A stretch of 63,988 nt of DNA. Source: Octopus bimaculoides. Taxonomy: Eukaryota. Shown piece by piece: positions 26,421 through 38,275 of this stretch. The DNA lies in the NCBI RefSeq assembly GCF_001194135.2, contig NC_068985.1:49627221-49691208 (forward strand). Direction: 5' to 3'. Within the stretch, counting starts at the first letter, position 1; every line of letters begins with the position of its first letter. The notes under the pieces were generated by a model that was given only the letters and a program-made list of their open reading frames with translations, had not been told where the DNA came from and made no database searches. The translations under genes and the position numbers were made by a program.

Positions 26421-27670
26421 TCATTCAACCACGGTGGTGGTTGGATATATTCTTAAGTCCACCATTTCATCAATCACAGTAGCTTCCAAGCTTCACCACT
26501 AATTCAGTTCTCAACTAAATTGCAAACTGTTAACAGTTTTAAAGAGGACACCTCGACTACACTTTGGCATAAATAGTTTGAGATTTGGTTCAGTAGAAAA
26601 AGGTTACATCAAAATATCTGCGACCTCAAGGGGGGCAGTAAGGCACCTATTCATCTTCAATTAACATAAATTTTTTTATTTTAAAATAAAAGTATACTTT
26701 TCTTAGGCTTAAATAATAGAAAAATGCATGAGGAATTCAGAATCGTTAGTCGCATTGAACAAAAATTAGTAGGAAAAAAGTTATGAGGTGAAATGTAATG
26801 AAATTTATTGTCAGTAAATGAAGAAGAAGTAACGCCCCAATAATATATTTCTAAAATGAATGCTTACATTCTCATGTAGCAAGATGGCAGAAACATTAGT
26901 GCACTGGGCGAAATACTTAGCGGTATTTCATATGTCTTTTTGCTTTGGGTTCAAATACTACCAAGGTCAACTTTATCTTTCGTATATTTTATTTTTTTAA
27001 TTAAGTATTTAATAAAGTTATTTTTAACATGCTGTTGAATTAGGGTAAGTTTAACTTTAATTATTAATTTTCTCTTTCAGCTTTAACTTGTTTTCTGCTT
27101 TTTTTTGCTTTTCCTTTTTAGTTGCTTTCCTTTTCTTTTTAATTATTTAATCAGGCTAGTTCATTAATGTGTTATATGCTTCAGATATGTGCATCTAAAT
27201 TTACTGAGGCAGGAATATAGTCATTTTTGGCAGACCTGAAGGCATGTAGTAAGGCAGTCCAGAAAAGGCATTGGTTAAAAGTGCTTATATTCTAAATTTA
27301 CTTTCTAAATTTCAAAATTAATTAAAAGGGATTTTTCATAAATCAAATTTATATTAATGGGATGTAGGTAATTTTAACTTGTGTATATCTGATATGCTTT
27401 TATAATTACTGTTGTATTGAATAATTATTGATAGATCTGGATTAGCAGCAGTCAGTGCTATTATCCCCAACTCAAAATATAGATTACTTAAGGTGAATCT
27501 GGTAACTGATGGTTTTGGGGTCTTGTTGTTTGTAACGTTTGGTGAGCCATGGTGCAACCAAAAAGATGGTAAAATTACCTGACATTANNNNNNNNNNNNN
27601 NNNNNNNNNNNNNNNNNNNNNNNNNNNNNNNNNNNNNNNNNNNNNNNNNNNNNNNNNNNNNNNNNNNNNN

Positions 27671-28052
27671 TAACTCTTTTATTTGTTTCAGTCATTTGAC
27701 TGCGGCCATGCTGGAGCACCACCTTTAGTCGAACTAATCGACTCCAGGACTTATTCTTTGTAAGCCTAGTACTTATTCTATCAGTCTCTTTTGCCGAACC
27801 GCTAAGTTACAGGGATGTAAACACACCAGCATCGGTTGTCAAGCGATGTTGGGGGGACAAACACAGACACACACATATATAGATATATACATATATACGA
27901 CGGGCTTCTTTCAGTTTCCGTCTACCAAATCCACTCGCAAGGCTTTGGTCGGCCCGAGGATATAGTAGAAGACACTTGCCCAAGGTGCCACGCAGTGGGA
28001 TTGAACCCAGAACCATGTGGTAGATAAGCAAGTTACTTACCACACAGCCACT
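27671..28052 (-). mobile_element. SINE family A copy
   Basis: Near-identical to 50376-50796. Confidence 0.9.
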
Positions 28053-28141
28053 CATTAAAAAAATTGAAATATTATCTTTCAGTATTCTATAAGTTAAAAT
28101 CTTGAATTATTAACTGCAATGCCTGGAAAAATCATGGATTA

Positions 28142-28754
28142 CATGGAAAAAGGCGAGCATGAAAAGTAATATTCTTAAGATTATAAACCTGGAAAAATGC
28201 AGGACAAGTTATTACACCTGTAAAAGTATAGGACAAGCTATTACTTCTAGTAAAGTAAAAAATAAGAAACTTTTTACTTAGAATATTGCAGCTAAAATTA
28301 AAATTTGAATATTAAAAATTATTTTATTATAGCTTATAAATAACACTATACTTATTTAAGTAGAATTTGGCTGATTTACTACCTTAAATACATAAAAAAG
28401 TGTCTAATTAGACAAACTTACAAATTAACTGAACAGTTTTGTACAATAAATTTAAAAGAAGAGAACTGTAAAGAGTGATAAATTAGAAGAACTCGCATTC
28501 TTTGCTGCAATATTTTAAGTAAAGAATTTCTTATTCTTAACTTTACTAGAAGTAATAGCTTGTCCTATACTTTTACAGGTGTAATGTTGATAAATTAAGA
28601 ACCAGTTACATACTGGGATCGATCTAATCGACTGGTCCCCTCCCCCAAAAAATTTTTGGGCCTTGTGCCTTGAGTAGAAAAGAATAACTTGTCCTGGACT
28701 TTTCCAGGTTTATAATCTTAAGAATATTACTTTTCATGCTCGCATTTTTCAATG
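28142..28754. mobile_element. TA-flanked MITE with ~150-bp TIRs; right TIR interrupted by a SINE B 3' fragment (~28586-28684)
   Basis: catggaaaaaggcgagcatgaaaagtaat.. versus ..attacttttcatgctcgcatttttcaatg; TA on both sides. Confidence 0.85.
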
Positions 28755-29582
28755 TAATAATGAATGTTGGTGCACATTGTGAATGTGGTTTTACCTATTG
28801 TCAATTTTTACATTTAAATAAATAAGGTGCAATATGACACGACAAAAATTAAGTTATCTTACCTTTTGCATACTTTTTATGTTTGAATATATTGTAGGTG
28901 AAATGAGACTAAGTATAGAGGACAAACATTGAGTTTACTTGTGAGTCATAAAAACTGAAATTACATAATTAGAGGTAAGAAAAAAAACAACTTAATTTGC
29001 TACATTGGTGCAGGTGTGGCTGGGTGATTGAGAAGTTTGTTTCCCACCTACATGATTTCAGGTACAAAGTGTCTTCTAAAATATCCTTGTGCCAACCAAA
29101 ACTTTGTGAGTGAATCTTACAGATGGAAACATGCTAGTGGTTCTTGAGATGTCTTGTCCATGGACAAACAAACACAACTGAAAACAATACCTCTGCCTTC
29201 ACTAAAGTGGAGGTAATAAAGTTGTGCTATGTACTGTATTCTTTCTTTGTCTTCTTAAGCTAATATGAGTATTTCTCTCATGGTAACTACTGTAGTATAA
29301 TTTATTTCTAATAGAACATCCCTGTTTAAGTAGGGATAAATATTACCTCTTGGTATTAATATTGTGTCTCTGTTGCTTATATATATATTTATATATATAT
29401 ATATATATATGTGTATATANNNNNNNNNNNNNNNNNNNNNNNNNNNNNNNNNNNNNNNNNNNNNNNNNNNNNNNNNNNNNNNNNNNNNNNNNNNNNNNNN
29501 NNNNNNNNNNNNNNNNNNNNNNNNNNNNNNNNNNNNNNNNNNNNNNNNNNNNNNNNNNNNNNNNNNNNNNNNNNNNNNNNNN

Positions 29583-29770
29583 TTGGCAGAGTTTCTACAG
29601 CTGGATGCCAACCACTCAGAGAGTGTAGTAGGTGCTTTTACGTGTCACCCGCACGAAGGCCAGTCAGGCAATACTGGCAACGGCCACGCTCGAAATGGTG
29701 TCTTTTATGTGCCACCCGCACAAGAGCCAGTCCAGGGGCACTGGCAACGATCTCGCTCGAAAATCCTACG
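29583..29770 (-). mobile_element. RTE 3'-terminal copy adjoining a gap
   Basis: ttggcagagtttctacagctggatgcc..gcttttacgtgtcacc..modules. Confidence 0.8.
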
Positions 29771-29778
29771 AAGGCCAG

Positions 29779-29830
<52 letters not shown>

Positions 29831-30699
29831 ATATACATACGCACACATACATACAGGCACACACATTGGCATGCACACAGGAGTATGTCTGTGTTTGCAA
29901 GTAAATTATCAAGATATATTTTAAAAGATTATGCATTTGATCTCGAAATGAAACAAGATCAATTGCTTCAAAGAGAAGCAGTATAATTCAAAAATATTTT
30001 TCTCTTTGTCATTGCAACAACTAACAGCAAAAACCATTCCAGAATGCTAACCAGAGATCAATATTTGGGAATATCATATACAATATCTTACTGTATTCTC
30101 TAGTTTTTCAGCAGTAATAAAACACGTCCAGAATATGATCAATATATTTAGGGATAAAAATATATATATCATTTGTTCAGTTTTACATCAGTTTTTCCAT
30201 ACTAGCATGGGTTAGATGAGTATAATAATGAGGCATTCTTTTACACCCAGATGCCCTCCCTGCAGTTAACTCTTCCCTGTTTAAGAAATGAGGACTTTCT
30301 TATTTCACACATCTTGGAAGATACTAAGCTAGCAGATACCAATGTTACAGCTTCTAACTCACTGATTTTTCAAGAGGTACCAATGTAAACAAACACACAC
30401 ATGCATAATAGACATCTATGTATAGTGGCTTCATCCATCAGCCTCAACATATGAAAGGGAGATCTAGAAAAACAGAAGACAAAGTGAAGACTGGTCTCAA
30501 GATGCCAAGCCTAACCAAAGAGATGACATAGGTGACACAGTGCTAGAGAAAACCTGGGCTCTTGACCAAGCAAGGTAAAGAAAATGCTAAAAACGGGTGA
30601 AATAATAATGACTAGAAGGCTCTTGTAGCACTCCTCCTCTGTCTCCCTGCCTCTCTTTCACTGATCCTCTTTCTACAGATTCTTCACCTCTTTGATGCT

Positions 30700-30740
<41 letters not shown>

Positions 30741-32900
30741 CTCCTTCCCTCTCTTTATCACAAACCCCTCACTTCCTCAATCCCAAACTTCAATTGCTCA
30801 TATTTACCCATATAAGATAGGAAATCTTCTGAATCTCCCCAACTCAATTCCTTTGATTTATCTTTATCATTCTCTCTCTCTCTCATCTTCATTAACCTCT
30901 GACACTACTCTTTCTTTTACATTATTCCCCACTTCTGTTTCTTCTGTTACCCTCTCTTCTGCCATCTTTTCACAATAATAAATCTGTTCCTCCCAACATA
31001 TTTCAATTTCTTTTAACATCACAAGCTTAGTTTATGTTATCATCCTCTCTTCCTTTTTCTTTCTCTCTCTCCCACAGTCCTGGGACTCTAAGAATCTTGC
31101 AAATTACAAAGCAACTTCACTAGAACTGTAATAATAAAATGTACTCAAAACACTCTGTAAAGCAGTTGATGAATCAAGCTGATACAACAAAATGGTCAAG
31201 AGGACTTATTAGTCTTTCTGAGAGCAAGACAAGTTCTCTAGTTCAAATACATTAAGAAAATACAAGTGGTGGATTCTGGTGGACTCTGGTGGAGCCCTCT
31301 GTCATAAACAACAGATGAGAGTTATGCAACTTCTTTTTGAACCATTTTCACAAAGAATTTGTTTATAATGATCAAATATTTGTGCTGTACATTAGCTTAC
31401 TTCCTCTATCAAATCAACGTTGACTGTACATATATACAGTGTGCCACATGTCAAAGTGATCACAGAGCAACAGGAAATGAAATGTTTTGCTCAAAAACAC
31501 TTCACGCTGCTTAGCCTGGGACTGAAAACCACAATCTTGTGACCATGAATGCAACATCTGATCTACTAGGCCACACAGCTTCACTAGAGCTAATACATCG
31601 AGAGAATACATGCAGTACTCTATGTAAAGTGGTTAGCATTAGGAAGAGCATCCAGCTGTAGAAACTTTACCAAAAGTGAGACATTTGAACAAGACATTGT
31701 TCTTTGAACTATTTAAGAGGGTAGTAGCTCACAAAGAGAATTGACGCAAATAGTGATGACCCATCCGGCCTACCAGCATGGAAAGTAGAGTTAAAAGCGA
31801 CAAAGATAAAGCTACATCCAGATTTGATCCCACTGCCCACGTTCACTAACTCCTACCACAGCCTTGAGGATAAAATCCAACACTGCTAATTTCTCACTAT
31901 GTACAATCTTTAAGGTACATGAATGATTACACATAAAGAGATACTGAGTAATGATATAGTGAATTAAGACAGAGTAGAGGGGGAAAAAAGATTTACACAG
32001 AAAGAGAAGTATACAGACTGATAGACAGACTGAATTACATAAGTAGGTTATTAACAATCAATGAGAAAAACAGAAGGAAAATAAGCATATATGTTCATGG
32101 AGCATTCTTAATGTATGTGTGCATGTGTATATATGAATGTGTACATACACACATACATTACATATGTACAACCATACGTATATTATATTGCATGTCTACT
32201 AACCCACAGATAGAAATAGAGAATAAAGTCTGAGATTATAGGAGAATAGGAAAACATCACTTCAGATGATTAGGTTTAGTTTAGATTTAGTTATTTCAAT
32301 AGTGTATTTAGTTGCTAAAAAGAAGACCAACAGTCTGTGATTCTCATTTCACTTTAGCACCATTTCTGAAAATTGCAGGCATTGATTATGTTTGGTTGAA
32401 AGACACTGATCCATATGATAATGATAGCAAAACTAAACACAGAGCTTACTTATCGATGTTTCACTTAAAACAAATTATCAGGTTCAGCAAGCAAACTGAC
32501 CAAGCATCAAAGACAGCATCTTGGAGTTACTTTCAGCTCATCGCCTCATCATTGATTAAGATAAAGTTGTAATGATGGTAAAGTAGTTTCAATGCTGAAA
32601 TCTTTCCTACCAAGCTATACAATGATTGGTTCAAAGTTCAGTCACATGTTTATGTCATGAATATTGTGCTAAATGCTAAGACAAGGCTCTGTCAAGTCTG
32701 ATCTGAAGCTAAACAACAACAAACACAAAGCAAAGTAGGAGTGGGATATCTTTTGAACATGCAAGAGGTAGATCAGAAGTGGGGGACCTTTCTTGTTAGA
32801 GAGTCACAGTGAAGTTAATTGCCAGGCAAAGGTGCACTAAAGTAAAGGGTCATTGGCTGCTATTCTAACTAAATGTGTGAGAGTAAGAGTGTGAGTGTGT

Positions 32901-32970
<70 letters not shown>

Positions 32971-33845
32971 ATGCGCGCGTGTGTGTGTTTTACCATTTGA
33001 CAAGTTGTGGAGGTTTGTTTACATGCCTGTAACTTAGTAGTTCAGCAAAAACTGAGAATGACAAAATAGATATCAGACTTAAATACTGGGGTTGATTTCA
33101 TCAACTAAAAATACCCCTTTGAGATGGTTGCTGCCCAGTCAAGTGACTGAAACAAGTAAAAGAATACATCATACGAATATGCAATAGAATATATTACATC
33201 AATATACAAATATCCACATACATCTATGAATGTATGTATATATATATATATATTGTGTGTGTGTGTGTGTGTCAGTGAGGGGCTGCAAAAACTAGCAAGT
33301 CAAAGGATGGTACCGATGATATTTTGATCCATTTAGATTGCTTACCTTTATGTTGGGCGAACTTCACCTTTCCTTCATTTTTAAGGTCAATAAAATTAGC
33401 AGCAAACAAAATAGAGGGGTTGATATAATGTAAATAAGGTCCTTGAAGGCAGTGCTCTAGAATCACCACTGTTTAATGACTTTAACCAGTAAATAAAAAA
33501 AAAATAAATAAATAAAATAAAATAAAATAAAATAAAATAATGTCCTCGCTGGAAATCAAAACTGGATCAGAGAGAGAGAACATGCAATTACGATCCTTGT
33601 ACAATAATTATACTGTTGATGTCAATTAGTTTATAAAATATACATGAAGTTGTTTGATATGACAACTGAGTGAGTTACACATGGAATACTTAATGTAATC
33701 CTTTGATTCAGATGTTGAGGGCTGCATCCATTCATGTAAGGAATAATGTTGATGATGATGGTGGTGGTTGTGGCAATATTGGTGGTGATGGTGACAATGA
33801 CAACAGTGGTGAGGGCAATTGTGGTGATAGTAGTAGTGGTGGTTG

Positions 33846-33876
<31 letters not shown>

Positions 33877-34114
33877 GGTGGTGGTGGTGGGTTAGTGATG
33901 ATTATCATATTCTCATCAATAGTTACATGTAATTAGAACAATAACAATAATGATATTTGTATGCTGTCAACTTAATGTGACAGTCCCATGAAAGGAATAA
34001 TACTATTGCTATTTAGCCCTAGGAAGCAGCACCGCTTCCTGTCATCCATGACACATTTCCTGTGTCCTTATGTTTACAAGGGGAGACAAGCACCTCCACT
34101 TAGCTAAGCCTGCA

Positions 34115-34157
34115 TCCAGAGACATGTTTCTGAGTCTTTGCTCGTTGTCAGTCTGGA
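34115..34157 (-). ncRNA. Second minimal hammerhead motif, core mutated (probably inactive)
   Basis: Minus strand TCCAGA-CTGACAA-CGAG caaaga CTCA-GAAA-CAT-GTC-TCTGGA; palindromic ACATGT helix III intact, but G8 changed to A. Confidence 0.65.
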
Positions 34158-34346
34158 GTAGCAATGGCCTGCTAGTTGGAGATGCCTTCTAGTGAAACAC
34201 ATTCACTGATTTCAACTGCATAAATCTCTCTGAGAGATTTAGAAATGTATTATTTCTGATTTTGAAATCAGCGAATGTGTTTCACTAGAATTCTTATATG
34301 TTTACAAGAGCTTGACAGGCATCTCCAACTAGCAGGCCATTGCTAC

Positions 34347-34389
34347 TCCAGACTGATGATGAGCAAAGACTCAGAAATATGTCTCTGGA
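34347..34389 (+). ncRNA. Minimal type I hammerhead ribozyme motif (Penelope-like-element type)
   Basis: TCCAGA-CTGATGA-TGAG caaaga CTCA-GAAA-TAT-GTC-TCTGGA: perfect 6-bp helix I, core CUGAUGA, 4-bp helix II, GAAA, vestigial helix III, GUC cleavage triplet. Confidence 0.75.
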
Positions 34390-35152
34390 TGCAGGCTTAG
34401 CTAAGTAGAGGTGCTTGTCTTCTCCTTGTAAACAAAAGGACACAGGAAATGTGTTAAGGCCAACAGGAAGCGGTGCTGCTTCCTAGGGCTAAATAGCAGT
34501 AGTATTATTCCCTTCATGGGACTGTCACATTAAATTGAGAGCATACAACTACTTTATCGCATCACTACTGCATAAATCTCTCTGAGAGATTTAGAAATGT
34601 ATTATTTCTATTGATAATGGCATTGATTTTTAACTACAGGAGAACAGCTTCAGACTTAAAATAGAAATGAAACTGTCACAAACATGCCTGGCCCAAAGAC
34701 ATGAAAATCAAAAGAACAGCTTACAATTGAAAATTACAAGTAGACACACTAAGAATTTATGGTTACTCTTAAGGACATTGACAATGCAATTGTGTGTGTG
34801 TGTTTGTGTCAGTGCATGTGTGTGTATGTAACACTATGCAAGTGGCAGTCAGAAACTGAGATTTGAGGACACTTAGCTGCTGCTTATTGAAAGTCATGCA
34901 ACAGGATAAAGGCCCCCACTTTTATTGGCTCAAGTATATAAATATATAAACTATATTTTGTGTGTGTGTTTTCACTTTTCAATTTTTTAAAAATGTGCTT
35001 GAATTTTTTTTTTTTTAATTATATTTTACACTTATGCGAAATTGTATTTTACACCAATAAGGACAAATAGATGATACAAAAACAACAACAGAGTCCAGTC
35101 CAACCCATGCCAGCATGGACAATAGATATTAAATGACGATGATGAATCCGAT

Positions 35153-35370
35153 AATCTTTACTACTCTAAGCACAAGGCCTGAAAATTTTTGTGGGAGAGG
35201 GCCAGTTGATTAGATCAGTCCCAGTATGCAGCTGGTATTTAATTTATCAACCCTGAAAGGATGAAAGGCAAAGTCGACCTCGGCAAAATTTGGACTCAGA
35301 ACGTAAAGACAGATGAAATACTGCCAAACATTTCACCCAGTATGCTAACGTTTCTGCCAGCTCACCACCT
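35153..35370 (-). mobile_element. SINE family B copy about 30 nt downstream of the 180-nt exon donor
   Basis: Reverse complement of 26206-26420. Confidence 0.85.
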
Positions 35371-35403
35371 ATGATGAATCCCATAATAAAACAAAGTACT
35401 TAC

Positions 35404-35583
35404 GTTCAAATCTCTCCAGGTCCTCCTCGGTATATGATCTCCGATTTACAGCTGGAGTTCCTAGTCGTGTTCGATATCTACTGTACAGTTCCTTCTGACC
35501 AATGAGCTCTGCTTTGTCATGTAGCATATCTAATAGGCTACTGTGTTTATCAGTATTCAATGACTGATCAGTGTTACAAAAAC
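35404..35583 (-). CDS. Internal coding exon (180 nt, phase 1-1) of an unidentified minus-strand gene: (G/S)FCNTDQSLNTDKHSSLLDMLHDKAELIGQKELYSRYRTRLGTPAVNRRSYTEEDLERFE
   Basis: Minus strand reads ctattcttttcctctcag|GTTTTT...TTTGAAC|gtaagtac: strong polypyrimidine acceptor and consensus donor, open frame throughout, length divisible by 3, non-repetitive protein-like composition. Overlaps track ORF 35369..35560. Protein family not recognised. Confidence 0.85.
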
Positions 35584-37908
35584 CTGAGAGGAAAAGAATA
35601 GTGTTAATATAAAGACAGCTTTAAACCACACACAAATGTATATGCATATATAAATCTATCTCTTTAGACACACACTTCTGTGTAATAATAGCCAATAAAA
35701 TGTTGGTCAATTTTTCAATGATTGATTGGGCAATTTCTCCATTCATACATTACATTGTTATAAAGCAAGGAGAAACAAGAGTAATGGAAAGATACGGAAG
35801 AGACTTAACATATGAAGTGAAGTATGAGTACTTGGTGGCAGGCAATGAGTGAAAACACGTTGCAGACACTCACACACACAGACACACACATAGAGAAAAA
35901 ACATAGAGAGAGGGAGGTGGAGTGGAAGGAGGATGGGAAGTGGGGTCATGAAAAATGGGAGGATAGGAGGAAGAGTGGGAGGAAGAAGAGTCCAAAGAAG
36001 GGAGAAAGAAGAGGAGGGTAAGAGGAAGAGGAGGAAGAATGGGGGAGGAGAGGGGAGGAGAGGGAGGGGGAGTAAATGATGAGCAGTTATGGGAGGTTTA
36101 TACAAAGAAAACAATTTGTTTCATTTAAATTTAATTTCAAGGTAATTAAATATTTTTCTTTTGAATATTAATATTCATTTTATCATTGTGTATAAGTTAC
36201 AAAAAATTTGATGAAAGACAAATTATTAGTGAGTAAATATGCTATATTTCTTGATATTACTTATTCATTGAATTAATGTGATAGTGGGTGAGTATTCCAC
36301 AAATCTGTGTACTTTTAAAGTAATTCTGAAGCTGAATCTGTATATGTAATGAAGCTGAACCTTTGAATTCCCCATGTTATCTAAACAAGTGTACACACAA
36401 ACACATACATATACACAATAGGCTTCTATCAGTTTTCCTTTGCCAAATCCACTCATGAGGCTTTGGGCACTTGCACAAGGAGCTACACAGTAAATCTATA
36501 TAATTGGGGATCAAATTTGTTAACCACAGCCACACCTGTGACTACGTATACATAAATTGTACTTTATAATACAGTGGGTAACATCTCCATATCAAAGGCT
36601 AATCACCATGACGATAAAGGAAGAAAATATCCCTGGTGTCTATAAGAACCAGCCAGTAACTATCATTCAATAGTGGCAGTGAAATTGTGTCAGTAACTAA
36701 GATGTTGAAAGCAAAAAACAAAAATTTAACACATCAAGGAATAAATGAAAAATGAATTGAGCAGTTTTGTGTGTTTTAAATGGCTAAAATAGCTCTTTCA
36801 TGATATAGTTGCTTCAGTTTTAGCACAAGGTTATCATACCAAGTCACTTGCCAAACAACTACAGTTCTGAATCTATATTGATCTGACTAGGACTTCAGGT
36901 TTAATAAGTTATAGCTTAATGAAGTGGTTGAATAGTTAAATGCATCATTAAAAGTAAAGCTGGAATCCCAGTTAAAACAATATTATCAATGTATTTTACT
37001 TAGAGTTTAGAGTCCTACCTGCCATCAACAAACGTTTTGTTGTTTTCCAACAACTTGAACCATAATACCAAATAGCATGCACACACAGACACACATGTAT
37101 ATATTAAAAAAATACAAACGGCTATATTTCAATGAAACAAGCTTTTGGTTTTTCCTATCCAAAAGGGGTTTTCAACCTGATATTTACAAGCCATTATTTA
37201 TTGTTTTATGTGTGTGATTCAAGATATTCTCAAAATAGAATTAATTCACATTCTCTTGAATGTTTATTTAGTTCTTAATGACATCACACATGCACCCCCA
37301 CACACACACACACACACGCACACAAACACACATATGTATACATTCATATATATATCAAGTCAGCTTGAATTTTGCTTGCTTGCAGTGTTACCCAGCCAAA
37401 CTGGCACATAATGGGAAAATAGTATGAATTAAGTACCCCTTGAAATATAAATATGAATGGAAAACAAATTTCACGTAAATCGGACAAGTGGTTGTAGAGA
37501 TATTAGGGGTTTTCAGGGTATAAATACCCAAAACAGTGCATAATGGGGAAAATATTCCAAAATTAAACTTAACCTTGAAAGAGTAGAAACTCTTAAGCTT
37601 TCGATTAGACACTGACTTGACAACGAAAAAATACGATTTGTTTTTTACAGTAAATGTTTCTATTTTTGACTTTTATTGAATACAATATTTTAGCTTTCTT
37701 TAAACAGACAATATTTTAATGTTTCTTAAAATTATTTTCAAGTGAATGCCAATACAAAAATTTTTTGGGCATATCTAAAAAAATACTTTAAAGTGAAAAT
37801 GACTTTAAAAATGCAGTAAATATTTCATAAAAGACCTGTTCGTGACTTCGGTGTGAAATAATTTTTTCCATAGGTTTTTTTCAAGTGCATTCAATGCATC
37901 TCATCTCC

Positions 37909-38027
37909 AAAGATTTGGCTGCTATTTCTAGCACGCCCTGCTACTCTGTAACAGCTACTTGCAATATAGGACCTGAAATACCTGTTACGTGGTAGCAGGG
38001 CGTGCAAGAAATAGCAGCCAAATCTTT
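37909..38027. repeat. 119-bp hairpin (36-bp arms, one mismatch)
   Basis: aaagatttggctgctatttctagcacgccctgctac / gtagcagggcgtgcaagaaatagcagccaaatcttt; inner gtaacag/ctgttac. Confidence 0.85.
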
Positions 38028-38062
38028 CCTATTTATGCGTGATTTTGCACACGCACATACAT

Positions 38063-38114
<52 letters not shown>

Positions 38115-38121
<7 letters not shown>

Positions 38122-38275
38122 GATGTTGAAAAGTTCCTGGCTTTAAGAGTATCGCAAAAGGCCCTGCAATAAGTGTGTGAATCTGAGAGGGGAATATGTC
38201 AGATAAAATCATAATTCACTGATCCTCCTGTGTTTTCTTTTACCAAAATCCAGGAACTTTTCAACACCCTTTGTA
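38115..38275 (+). mobile_element. Mariner deletion derivative
   Basis: TIRs gggatgttgaaaagttcctgg / ccaggaacttttcaacaccc; internal NKCVNLRGEYV is a mariner C-terminus. Confidence 0.8.

Larger units (their letters stand above)
33957..34548. mobile_element. Fold-back made of two inverted ~230-bp hammerhead-bearing units (probable Penelope-like pseudo-LTRs)
   Basis: Arms 33957-34186 and 34318-34548 are reverse complements (roughly 90% identical by eye); inner 29-bp inverted repeat 34187-34215/34262-34290. PLE assignment is inferred from the ribozyme type; no PLE ORF is present. Confidence 0.65.

Noticed and set aside
32312-32572. Plus-strand 86-aa ORF
   Set aside because: No recognisable homology, weak acceptor, no supporting plus-strand exons.
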